A program made the position numbers and the translations under genes. From contig OX597817.1 in NCBI GenBank assembly GCA_951406725.2, forward strand, positions 19,530,001-19,594,000: a stretch of DNA of 64,000 bases, in the 5' to 3' direction. Position 1 is the first letter of the stretch; every line of letters begins with the position of its first letter. The notes beneath the pieces are model-generated. The model had not been told where the DNA came from. It saw only the letters and a list, made by a program, of their open reading frames with translations, and ran no database searches. Below are positions 38,997 to 51,892 of the stretch, one piece after another. This DNA is from Octopus vulgaris. Its lineage: Eukaryota.

Positions 38997-41192
38997 TATT
39001 TCAAAACATTTGCCATAAAGGCAGTACACAGATTAAGTTAGCTTTGCGGGCTGGACGAGGACATTAATGAAGTGAATGATAATGAAAGAAAGATGATAAG
39101 GATGGGAGAAGACAGAAAGCGCCCGCCGACTTTTGCTTCTCTAAAACATTGTTCTTTTTAAAAAGATAAACACAAAACGAGCTATAAAACCTCTTACAAT
39201 TTTTCCCAATTTTTGGGCTTAGCAGTCCATTATTAATACAAAACGAGGTATTAATCCTCTTACAATTTTTCAATTTTTGGACTTAAGTCCATTACTAATA
39301 ATACATATCGTCCTCGAAATAGCTTGTGCCCGCGCCCTCCACCATCAACCACGCCTCCCTCAGAACGTAGTCAAGTTCCGAGTTCGCGTCGCCCGGGACC
39401 AAGTTATAATCTTCGTTGAGCTCCTTTAGCCCTAGCGTCACGTCGAACGCCACGGCCTCCACAGCTACCTGCGGAGGCCATTCGGGGTCCTGTGTGAAGG
39501 CTAAAGGTGCTCCCTTGTGGTGCTCTTCCATCACTTTTTCAATTTCTCCTCCTCTATAGAAGAGGACCAACACATTTAGTTCTTTCGTTGGCGGCACAGT
39601 TTCCGCCAACGGTATTCCTTCTCTTGTCGGTGGCACAACCCCAACCGACGTAGTTCCGCGACATTCCGGTGCTACACTGACAGCCGGTAATGTCCCGTTT
39701 TTCTTCCTCTTTTTCTTTTTTTCCTTTTCAACTGAGGGAGGGTGCGTCTCCTCCGTGGCTGGAAGATTCGCCTTCCTCTCCTCATCCCTATTATCCTTTG
39801 GTGAGCACCCGTTGTTGCTCACCTTCCTCTTTCGGCCTCTGTTTGAGGAGTCCTCTGCTTTCTCGGCCGTTATCGTTCCCTCTTCTAGAGGGGTTTTACT
39901 TAACTGTTCCGGGATCCTATTTTGTTCCCGAGGACAGTTCTTCTTTATGTGGCCGGACTCCAAGCACCGATGACACTTAGGGGGGCGACCCTCAAGCATC
40001 ACCGGGTACCTGCACCCGGCCATTTTCAAAAAATCTGGAAGAACCAGATTGGCTGATTGTGTCCACAGAGTCAAAATTGCTTTCGACCCAACCCAAGCAG
40101 CCGCAGGAAGAACTTTTACATTGAGGAGCTTAGTTTCGCTGTCACCCAGACCCCGGCGGATAGTCTCCTCTATCCACTCGGGTTCTATGTCGGGTGGCAG
40201 TCCGCAGATCCAAGCTTTCATCAATTTCTTTTTTTGTACGTGGGCAGGAATAAGATTTCCTTACCCTCCAAGGGTTTGCTAGCAAATATGCAAGCCTTTT
40301 CAGGGGTGTCAAATAGCAACCACACCGTTGCATATTTGACACCCCTGGAAATGAATTTAATTGTTGGCAAATACTCTTCCAACTCCTCCTCAATTGCCGT
40401 CTTTTCGAATAGGGCGATGGTGTCAAGTGCCTTGGAGTAGGTTCTCAACACCACCGTCCTATCTTCACGGTCTTTTAACCACTTTTTGGGTGGTATGATT
40501 TCCCACTCCAAAATTTTGTTATTTTTCATTGCCATGTTTTTTTAAAAATATATTCAAATTAAACTCAAAAGCAGGAAGAAAAAAGTTCAAAATTCTAAAT
40601 AAAATTTGATAGATTTTTGAAAAAACAAAAAGGAGAAAGCACAACAGAAGGGAAGAAATTAACGGAAAGTCGCAATAAAGAAAAAAAAACAAAAGGGGGG
40701 GGTTAAATGAAGTTCAAAAGAAAGTTAATAAACAGAAAAAACACAGCAAAAATATTCTGGCCTTGCGGTACTCCCGGCCTGGGTTGAACCTGGAACGCCG
40801 CAACTGCAACACAACCTCCACAAAAATGGGTCCGAAAGGTAATCCAATAGTGGCTTATTTTTATAATTTTCTTGCGAAGTAGTAAAACACAAGCAAACAA
40901 ATTAATTTTTGCGGAGGGGCTACGCCTCCTCAAAAAGCACAATTCTCACTAAAGAGTGAGACCTTAGACACGACAACAGGCAGAGAAATATATCTGAAGT
41001 AAAGTGAAGTCTATTACCCGCAAAAAAATATTAATGCTAGATAACGTTAACTGCTAAATAACATTAAGCAAGCAATAAACTTCGCTATGCTTCTAAAAAT
41101 ACAGAACGTCTTACCTGTCACCGAGTCAAAAAGTTCAACATTTCACGTTCAAACACGTGACATTTGCAGGAGCAAAAAACAACACGTCTGTC
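38997..41192 (-). mobile_element. 2.2-kb ORF1-only (gag-like) retroelement with a target-site duplication
   Basis: Flanked by tggtaaacaagctactt (38980-38996) and tggtaagaagctactt (41193-41208). T-rich 5' UTR, one ORF, 3' UTR ending in AATAAA. No RT or endonuclease. Confidence 0.78.
39295..40535 (-). CDS. ~413-aa L1/Tx1-ORF1-like protein (RRM-like region, CCHC zinc knuckle, basic linker, C-terminal domain); one frameshift in an A-run near 40230
   Basis: ORFs 40221..40535 and 39295..40224. Motifs FISRGVKYATVWLLFDTPEKA, ICGLPPDIEPEW, GRPPKCHRCLESGHIKKNCP. Confidence 0.75.
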
Positions 41193-41227
41193 TGGTAAGA
41201 AGCTACTTACCACACAGCCACTCCTGC
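41193..41227 (-). mobile_element. 5' head of the interrupted SINE family 1 copy
   Basis: Reverse complement GCAGGAGTGGCTGTGTGGTAAGTAGCTT matches the SINE head at 26436. Confidence 0.85.
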
Positions 41228-43504
41228 TCCACTCCTGCTGTTGAATTTATATTTATTTGATATATGGTGAAAATGAATTGCATATCAATGATTACCATAC
41301 AAAGTTACATAATTACACCTAATATGAAATCAATTGAACAGGAATTGAAGAAATTGAAAAGTCGCAGTGAAAAAGAAAAGATCTCTAATATGTAACAAAT
41401 AATGTAATATATTCAGACCATCATGGTTGCAATTCCACCAGTCTCCCTTCTTTGATGTCGATTTTTTTATTATTTTTCTCTAAGGCCAGTATACCGTTGC
41501 ATGGTAAAATTAAGGCGTGCTCCTGAAAATTATGTTTAGCAGTAATGTGATCCACATACAAGCAGTGCCGTTATCGTAACTTACTGGACACTTCATTCTG
41601 ATTTCAATCTTGAAAAAGGGAGACAGATGCAAAACAGAGAAACTGAGAAATCGACTTCACTAGTGGGTGATACTTTAATGTTGGACCCAAATTGTGAACG
41701 GTCATGTTGAAATTGGCAGGATTTGAAATTACAACGCAGCCGGAATGCATTGACAGAACTGTTAGGCGATTCTTTGACTGTCATAATTACTACTATAAGT
41801 ATTTAGAAAATAATTCTAAACTTTGGCATTAGGTATACAATGTCGATTAGCGGGAGATAGCCTACTACATAACTGGTGCATATTTTAATGACACCGAATG
41901 TTTGAGCAAAATTCACTTCGGCGGAATTTGTACATAGAAAGTAAAGAGCCGAAATGTTGCTATGTATTTGCTCCACGTTCTGACGTTTCAGCCAGCTCAC
42001 TGAATTTTAGTAAGATAATAGTGTTTATTAATTTACTTTAATTAAAATGTAAATTAATATGAGTCTATATATTATCTGAACAGTAGAACATAGGAAGAAA
42101 ATGCCATATAGATTACCGCAACAAAAGGAGAACAGGAAATAAATTCAAGCATATTTTTTTAATAACAGTCTATGAATTAAATGTAAAAGATACATGCATA
42201 CATAAAATAGTTCAAATTCCAAAACACTAGAAGAAGCAATTCGAGAAAAAGATATATATTCTCTTCTATAGTAAGTATGCCGTTCTATTAGATTGGAAAT
42301 TCCAGCTAATATAAAAGATTGCATGCATGCACAGAATGTTTGATTTTATTTAGACAAGATAAAATCGATCCATAAAAACAAATAGAAAGCTAAATTAATA
42401 AAGGAAAATGTTTCCATCAAATTCAGTAGACTATACCATCGACTCAGCAGCCAACAACGTCATTTCGTCTGAATATATACAGAAAGATCAAGTGGTAAGT
42501 ATTACTATAAATTGTGCAATATGCTGCGAATTCCATATCAAAACTGACAATAAACAGTATAAGCCTGCATCAAATGCGACATGTTACATTTGTATGGTTA
42601 CGACAAAATCACACATGCTGATCTAGTGACAAACACATTAAAGTCGGCTCAACAGATATCGTTGTCAAATAGAAAATCGAAAAGATGTGCGCTCTGATAA
42701 ATGTGCTGATACCTTCCGAATAAAATAACGAAAACTAATGAAGTAAAACAACTTCCATATGTAATGAAGCCGCATTTGATGTGGTGAGACTAAACACGAA
42801 GCCGATAACATTTGGTACACTGAACGTTAAAACAAAAAAAAAAAAAAACTAAAACATACATACTGTAAAAAACTTCACAAATAATCTATCTTGCATGTAT
42901 ACTAGTCAGGAAACACATTTTGCGCAACACAATTCAAATTCAATCAACGCAATTCTAATTCAATTCTATACCAGCACACTTTCTACCCAGTCACAATCCT
43001 TTCTGAACTTGCTTCTAAAAGCAGCTTATTATCACCACAATCATCGTCCTTACCATCTTTGCCCTTATCTTTATCCATATCATCTTCATCATTATCGCCG
43101 CTGTGAGTCGTCGTTACTGTCAGCATCATATTCCCAATGATGACCATGAAAATAGGAAAATTATAGGTTGTTATTTTGCGTAGATATATAACCCTTAAAC
43201 GTAACGTAATAAAGAGAATCCAGCGAGCATTGCTTAAAAAAAAAATCTGAATATATGAATAACTGAATAACTAAACTGTTTAAAAACACGAAATACGATA
43301 TTTAAAAAAGACACTTAAAGGGAAAAGGTTACATTAAAAACAAAACAAAAATATCTGTATCCCCCTGTTCGGTCTCACAAGGATAGTAATTCTGGAGCAT
43401 AAATAAATATTAATGTTGTGAGAAATTTGAGGCAAATTACATGCATTCAGCCATACATACATTTTTAGTGCCCTTTATACATATACGTAATAATATACAG
43501 CTTA

Positions 43505-43546
<42 letters not shown>

Positions 43547-43650
43547 GTATATATGCATATATATATTATGAGTGTGTGTATGTGTTTATGTATATGTATA
43601 TATATGTATATATATATATGTATATATATGTATATATATGTATATTTATG

Positions 43651-43710
<60 letters not shown>

Positions 43711-46182
43711 TGTATGTTTTTATATATATTGTTTAAGGCAGAGCAAAACTCTATAAACTTAACGGACAAGAAGGAAAATCTGAAAAAAAAAAAAACAATG
43801 AAATGACAACAGTGTAGAATAAAAAGTTAAAAGAAAAACGTATGAAAGCGACCATGAAAGAATCGAAATAGAATATTATATATATAACAAAAAAAAAAGA
43901 ATCTCACAGGTATTGTTATTGCTTCCTAGCCTTTGAAATATTTGATGCATTCAAGCATGAAAATAACTGAAAATTGATGGTGTAGCTTTAAACTTTAATG
44001 GATTGTATGAGAGTAAAAACAAAATAAAAACCTTTGAATATGAAATGAGTTAACGTCTAGCAACTCTACCCAACAAACAAAATTAAATAAAATTGTATCG
44101 TATAAATAAATAAATAATACATGCACACTCCAAAGTGGTATTAGTCTGAAAAGCTTAGGTGGTGAAGTGTAATTTAAAGAATACATCGCGTATATTTGGT
44201 AAAATTAAACCTTTCCTGGGAAATGCATTTACTCGTTCAAATATGCAGCGAAAGCAACGTTTTATGAATATTTTAGTAACGATAAAAATAATTGGCCTTT
44301 ATATACTGAGGAACTGGGGCCAGGGAATAAAACAGAATGTTCAGTAATTTCCTGAAACTTAGAAGGATTTAGGGAGGAAATTACGCTTGAACTTGCCACC
44401 TCCAACTAATCAAAATGGACGTAAATGGATGAGGATTTGGTTGTGATATTGGGTAATATAAAAACAGAGATACAACCAGGACGATAAATCCACATTAAGT
44501 TTTATGCCCGGCAAGGCACATGATCCAGGCAAGGCACCAGATCACAGAACTAAAGTAAGAACTACGATTGATGAAAAGTGGAGGGAAATCACGGGATGAA
44601 AGTAAAACGTGCTTAAATTACCTGATATTAAAGGTGTGGAAAAATCTTCGGTAGCTTGGAGGGGAAGCCAGAAACATCTAGAAATTAGAACAGAGAAGGT
44701 GAGAGAAAGAGAGAGGGGGAGATAGAAATAATAAGAGTGAGGGAGAGAGAGAGAAAGAGAGAGAGAAAGACGTATGCATATGAGGATTTTTTAGTACTCC
44801 CTTCGGTTACACTGCTAACCACGGAAAGCTAGAAACAGAGAAGTGGCTTTTTCTAAGGAAGGCACAGAAGCAGCAGTGTATGCTTACCCGATACAGGTGT
44901 TATATTGTGAGGCTGTCATTCCAACTAGTGACGCTCATGTTACACACGTCCTTCAACATAGCAGACCTAATTTGCGAGGGGAAAATGACAGTGAATGCAA
45001 AAGTCTGGACAGGAATTACTACATAACAAATTTACTTCACTACAAAAGCCTGCCCACTGTTACAGAAGTGGCTGCTGATACAGTTTCGTACACTCTGTAA
45101 AATGAATGAGTAACACTGGCGGGAGAATCATGTGCGGGGATTGATTTTTGTCCTCAATGTATATAGGTCATCAAGAATTAAACCAGTTAGGAGAGATGCT
45201 GACGATAATATATTCTGGCCACAATTGCCAACTATTGATTTCAAATTTTAGTACAAGGCCATCAAGTTCGAGGAGCGGGTGAGTCAATTCCATTGACCCA
45301 ATTGTGCAATTGGTTCTTACTTTATCGAGCGTGGAAGGATAAGAGGCTCAGTCGACATCTGTAAAGCGGACGAAATGCCGTTAAGTATTTTGACCGGTGT
45401 AGTAACAATTCAGCCAGGTCAAAGCCTTACAACAGCCAAGAATTAACAGCAAATTTACTCTTCAGTAGCATCTTAAGAGAAGGAAACCGAAGGTTCTTTG
45501 GTTATACTGTATATGAAGTAATCAGCCTGATTATTAAGGAAGCAAAGAACAAAACGGAACGCTCAAATGTGAAGAACCAGCTTATTGAAAATTCACTGAT
45601 GCTTTGCCCCATGTTAGCAGCAGAAGCTAATTTCATGATAACCCACATAGATTTGCTGGCCATGAGACTGGTAGGAAATTTCCCCAGGAAACTGAGATTT
45701 GAGAAGAGCATTGTTCTAATACGCACAATAACCTTGGTCTGCATGTAATTGCCCTGAAGCTAGAGCAAATGGAAGTTGGGATGCCTTATAGGACACTGTC
45801 TGGTAACAATAAATAGAACGCTAGTTCTCCATGGACGAAATAAGAGTAATAACAATATCAGTCCAAAAAAATACAGATGATACAGACCACTCGTAAGAAT
45901 GTGGCCATGAACGAAATGTCACTTAATCAAAACATCGGAACTTTATTATCTCGAAACGAAATCCGACTAGCCAGATATTAATTACTCAGCGTTCCGCTAT
46001 TTTAGCAGAACAGGTTAAAGGAACCTATTGTCCTGGGAAGAAGTAAGGTAAGGTAAGGTACTCCAAGTATGACATCTTGTATTAACTGCAATAGCCATTC
46101 CTACTTTAGGACTCAGCTGGACGGAATGGAGTGATCGTACAGTAAATTTGGTCGAAGATAGCTGATTTTCCCCCAAAATATG

Positions 46183-46227
<45 letters not shown>

Positions 46228-46467
46228 GTGTGGGGAGAGTCATTCTGTTTTAATGCGCTATTAATTACCGCACTCCGGTTCGATTTCCAGTCATTTACTT
46301 TTTTATTTATTTATATTTTCACTTTTAATTTTCGTTGGTCCTTGCAACCTCTTCAATAGTTGTTGACTCTGTCCCTTATCTTCTTGTTTGTGCGCATGTG
46401 TGTGCGTCAGCGTACATATGTAAATACATATGCATGTATGTATTTATGCATGTATGTATATGTGTAA

Positions 46468-46523
<56 letters not shown>

Positions 46524-46587
46524 GTGTGTGTGTGTGTATACATATATATATAAAAAATTTAAAAATACCTATATATATGTATATATG

Positions 46588-46626
<39 letters not shown>

Positions 46627-46799
46627 ATGTTTGTATGTATGTATTCTGCATATTCATGTGTTTGTGTGTGCATTACCATCATCATCATTATATATATATA
46701 TACATTTACACACACATTTATCACAATATGTCAAAAGGATACAATAAATATACAGGTATACATACATACATATATACATACATATATATACAAACATAC

Positions 46800-46836
<37 letters not shown>

Positions 46837-48199
46837 CACCTCTGTCACACTGGGTGTGCGTGTTTCAGTGCGTCTATGTATATGGATTTGTGTGACTATG
46901 TACTTGGAAGTTGATGCGGATCTTTTTTGAACGGTCATCACTGGTGTCGAAAGCTGGTGCTACGGAATTGTAGATGTGGAGTTTGTGAAGAAGAAAAAAT
47001 ACCAACAAAGGCATTAAAAGGCATCACTTTGTAAGAGTTCCAACAGTGGAAAACGCGTCTAGACCGATGCGTTGCTTCAAATGGATTATACTTTGAAGGC
47101 GATAAAAGTATAATCATGTAAAACAAAGAGAATAAAACATTGAAAAATTCTGTTTTCTTTTGCATACCATCTCTTTTACAGTTATACATGAAAAAATTTC
47201 CGAAACGGTTGTGTATATTATAATAGACTGAGTTATTAAAAATAATCATGCGCAAATTATCTACACAAGAAATATGTCTATCGTATTCCCAAAAGATAAT
47301 AGTAAAAGCAACGTGATGCAATCAGGCAGGGAATTTTATTCTCAAACTAAATCAATTTTTAGCTAGCGCATATTAAAAATGCACGGTGTTCAGATGTTTC
47401 AACACGTGTTGAAACATTTGTTACTGGGGTAAGGAATAGTAATATCACGACAGCTGCTATATCTTGGATATGTTAATAGCAAACTTCACCAAACCTAGAA
47501 AGAAATACTTTGTGTGTTATCAAATGGATTGAATATATAATTCGTAAACCCATCTGCTACTTCGCCTTTGTGTTAATATTATAAACATACACTAAATATC
47601 ATTCACGTAGTAAGTTAAATTCATTCCTCTAATCGCTTCGTATCTTACCATCTGCTGCTTGAAAAGAAGACATATATTGCTAATAGTTCAGAGAACTACT
47701 TATAATTATCATAAATATATATTCTTTAGCTTAGAATGTGGCATTAATGTTGTTATAAACATTACGTTATGCATGCATACATACATATACACATACATGG
47801 AAACACACACACAAATATATCTCTTTAATATATTTGGAATAATGGGTAAATGTCGATTAGTGTGTTGAAATGCTGAGAATAGCACCGGCACACTTTATGG
47901 CTACCCCGCAGTCGGGGTATATTTCCGTTGGATCCACTTCAGGAATTCCGCAGTGTTAGGATGGTAATTAACAATTCTTAAGTAATGAGAAGATGGATTT
48001 CGTATTAATCTTTATTTTGTACGAAGATTAATAGCTAATCCATTTCCTCGTTACTTAAGAATACAGAAGGTGTGACATGTAGAGATTCCCATTTGGTGCA
48101 CGCGGTATTATCATCATCATCATCATATATATACATATACTCACTATTTACCACAATATGTTAAAGGATACAATAAATGTACATACATGCATAAATACA

Positions 48200-48254
<55 letters not shown>

Positions 48255-48352
48255 CAATATAGGGTGGCAAAAAATTTCGTAGAATTCTTTTGCCACCAGC
48301 GGCCTAGTGGGAAAAAATTAAATAGTCATAGACCATTTATAAATTCAACAGC

Positions 48353-48578
48353 AAAATCAAGGAACGGCCATAATAGGCCATTCACCCACTAGAAATAACA
48401 GCCAAAGCTTCAACTGCAAAACAACATTAATTCCGCAAACCAGGAGAAAATTAAAAAAATTAAAAACAGGGTAAATGTTTTTTTAATTTTCTCCTGGTTT
48501 GCGGAATTAATGTTGTTTTGCGGTTGAAGCTTTGGCTGTTATTTCTAGTGGGTGAATGGCCTATTATGGCCGTTCTTG

Positions 48579-48583
<5 letters not shown>
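48353..48583. repeat. Near-perfect hairpin with ~105-bp arms between (TA)n tracts
   Basis: 48353-48459 is the reverse complement of 48478-48583. Confidence 0.9.
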
Positions 48584-48637
<54 letters not shown>

Positions 48638-48839
48638 CATACATATATATACATATACATACATACATATATATATATCTACATATACACACATACATAT
48701 ATATATATATATACATACATATATATATACATATACATGCATATATATATATATATGTAGAATGTATATATATATATATATATATATATAAAGAATAATA
48801 AAAAAAACACTTATGCCTTTTAAGCAACCAGTAAAACAC

Positions 48840-49460
48840 ATTTTTCAGTTTTCTTCTGCTGCGAAACTATTTTGTTGATATTTTGTTAATTTGAATTGTT
48901 ATCATCATTTGTGCTGCCTTTTGTAGTTTTAAAACTTCTTATCTGCGTCGTAGCAGGTTTGTTACCTTTCCCTCCTTACTTGAAAGTGGAACCCTTCAAA
49001 GCTGGCTACTGTTTTAAAATGTTTAAGCTTTTCTGATGAAGAAGAAACTACTTACGCCCTGTTGAAGAAAAGCAATGAACCCTGGAAACTAAGAATCGAA
49101 CAAGGAAGCAAAAATGATTAACAAAAGTTAAAATGTTGCTGCAGTTTCTAGAGTAACAAAAGATGTGCCTATCGGAAAAAAATGAACTGCATAAGTACAA
49201 TGGCCTCCTCCAAAGACAGGGGAACAATGTGAAAATAATTCCGCCAGGAGACGTCACGCACACCACTCTGAGGAGGGCGGTGTTTTTTACTGTATAAAAA
49301 CCAAGAATATAGTACTTTCAACAATTGTGGAAAAAAATAACATATATCACACGCGGGATGAAGTTCGCCTCTGTGTAGGTGATGTTCCCAACAGAAGAAA
49401 AAGCAAGGCAGTGTTCAACCACCCCGCTCAAATCTGTTGAAGATTCATACGCTCAGATGT
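48840..49460 (+). pseudogene. Decayed 5' fragment of a third ORF1-only element
   Basis: 49334-49435 translates KITYITRGMKFASV*VMFPTEEKARQCSTTPLKS, aligning with IKFISRGVKYATVWLLFDTPEKACIFASKPL. Confidence 0.6.
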
Positions 49461-49989
49461 TTTTTTCTCCGTGGATTACCAAGAAAACAGTTCGAACAAA
49501 GTAAAAAATTGTGATGCGGAGGGAGAAAATTAAAATATTGAGAATGTGTTTTTGGGACGAAATCCTAATCTCCTGCATTGAAAATATAGGAACCGGAAGA
49601 AATTTAGGAATAAAGTTTGGGGGAAGGGCGCAAATGTTATCTTGGACATGCTAGGAACAACAGGTAAAGGGCAGGATTTCTGGGAGAACTTTTAAATTTA
49701 TATCGCAGATCAGTTTTTTAAATACACTCATCATAAACAGAAAAGAAAAGGTGATTTCAATTGGATTTGAGTTGTAAATTTGTGCATGTACATAGCAAAA
49801 AATAATATAATTTATACAGACGTTTTACCTAGTTTGTCTGTATGTGTGTGTTTGTGTGCGTGTTTGTGTGTGTGCCAAAGGAAGTTATTTCATGCATTCT
49901 TTTGTTCAAAGCAGGGAAGTTGCCAACTCGATCATATGGTCAATCAGCGGCACATTTGATTGTTCCTTAATTTCTGCTTCTTTATGCTT

Positions 49990-50092
49990 TGAAGGCAGCA
50001 GAAATTGAAAGAGAGGAGAAAGTGAAAAGGCGACATTTGCTTTGAAGTGTGAGCAGAAAGTGAAAGCTGTATGTACGTGTATATGAAATAGA

Positions 50093-50137
<45 letters not shown>

Positions 50138-51418
50138 CTGAGTGAGTGAGTGAAGGTGTGTGTTGTCATGTGTGTATATTTTGCATGTATGGGTAAGTGG
50201 CATTCAATCTCTCTGTCTCTCTCTCACACACGCACCCATTATCTTTCACATGCATGCAGATAAATACATGTATATATACATACTTTTGTATGTATGTGTG
50301 CGTGTGCATGTGAGAGGGAAAGTGCCTGTATTTCCTCATAACATATGGAGATAGAGAAATGGATGCATTTTAAGATAAACACTCATGTAGAAAATGAGAC
50401 GTCGTCGTTGTTGTGTTGTAAAATGTCGTTTAGGAGAGTTGAATTATAGAAAGATTATAATGTTAAATATTTGTAATGCAAATATTTAAATGAAAAATAG
50501 CGTTTATTTGTTAGCCGAAAAATTACTGAATCTTTTGATACCTAATACGTCAAAATCGGCAACGCAATTTTCAAATGTATTCGGTAATTTCCGTAATTTT
50601 TTAAATTTCAATATGCTTTGCAGAAAGCAGAAATTGCAAGAGAAGAGAAAGTGAAAACGTGACATTTGCTTTGAGGAGAGAGCAGAAAGTGAAACAGAGG
50701 TGAAAGTGAACGGTGTATGTAAGTGTATATCAAACGGGCGTGTGTGCATGTGCGTGAGAGATAGATAGAGAGAGTGAGAGAGAGAGAGGAGAGATACAGT
50801 GAATGAGTGAATGCATGTGTTATCACGTATGTGTAAGTGGCCTTCATTCGGTCTCTCTGTCTCACACACGCACATATTTCATATACATATACATAACTAG
50901 ATATAATACATGTTTTTTGTATATATGTGTGTGTGCAAGAATGCATGTGTGTGTGTGTGAAAGTGACTGTATTTCCTCATAAGAAGTAGAGAAATAGATG
51001 TGTTTTGTGGTACACATTCATATAGAAAATGTGACGTCATCGTCATCGTTATATATTCGTGGTATAAGATGCTTACGAGAGTTGGCTTATAGAAAAGATT
51101 ATAGTGTTAATTTCTTTTAATGCAAATATCTAAAAGAAAATAAAATTTATTCTATACTCCATACGTCAAAATCGGCAAATCAGTTTTCGAATGCAAAAGG
51201 AAGATACGTAGATGTGTTTTGTGGTACACATTCATATAGAAAATGTGACGTCGTCGTCGTCGTTATATATTCGTGGTATAAAATGCTTACGAGAGTTGGC
51301 TTATAGAAAACATTATAGTGTTAATTTTTTTTTAATGCAAATATCTAAAATAAAATAAAATTTATTCTATACTCCATACGTCAGAATCGGCAAATCTGTT
51401 TTCGAATGCAAAAGGAAG
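49990..51418. repeat. Degenerate ~630-bp duplication followed by a 214-bp tandem duplication (50995-51203 / 51209-51418)
   Basis: gcagaaattg.aagag..gagaaagtgaaaa at 49997 and 50627. tagatgtgttttgtggtacac...tcgaatgcaaaaggaag occurs twice. Confidence 0.8.
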
Positions 51419-51892
51419 CTGCGCACACAAACCACACCACTCCCACACAAACTCTCTTATATATATATATGGAAGTGTCCTTGTCCGTCGTTCTCTCTGT
51501 CTGTCACTCATATTCCCCGTGCCTGCCTGTTCGTATTTCCTCCCCTTCCCAGATATCAGCCACCCTCATTATGACACATTTCCCTGAAACCACCACCTTT
51601 GCACACGCATCATTTTATTATGTAATAGTCCAACCCCGTAGTCGTTCCATTATCGATTTTTATTGAAATCCAATCAGCTTATAATTGAAATGGATGTTAG
51701 TTCAACGTGTATACAAAGTTTGGTGAAAAATATTGGTTCCCTCGTTTGAGCAGCAAGATGGTAAAATTGACAGATAGACAGAAATTGCTATTCATATATA
51801 TATACCTATATCTATATAAAACTGAGAATGTGTGTCTGTTTGTCTGTCTGTGTGAATCCCTAAAACTTGGGAACTACACAACCAATTTCATT

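Noticed and set aside
40225-40240. Programmed -1 frameshift in the ORF1-like gene
   Set aside because: No correctly phased X_XXY_YYZ heptamer, and the homologous copy is continuous here.
45502-45746. Stop-free stretches here and at 24692-24940 as possible host exons
   Set aside because: No recognisable protein motif or convincing splice context; cannot be supported without RNA-seq or homology.
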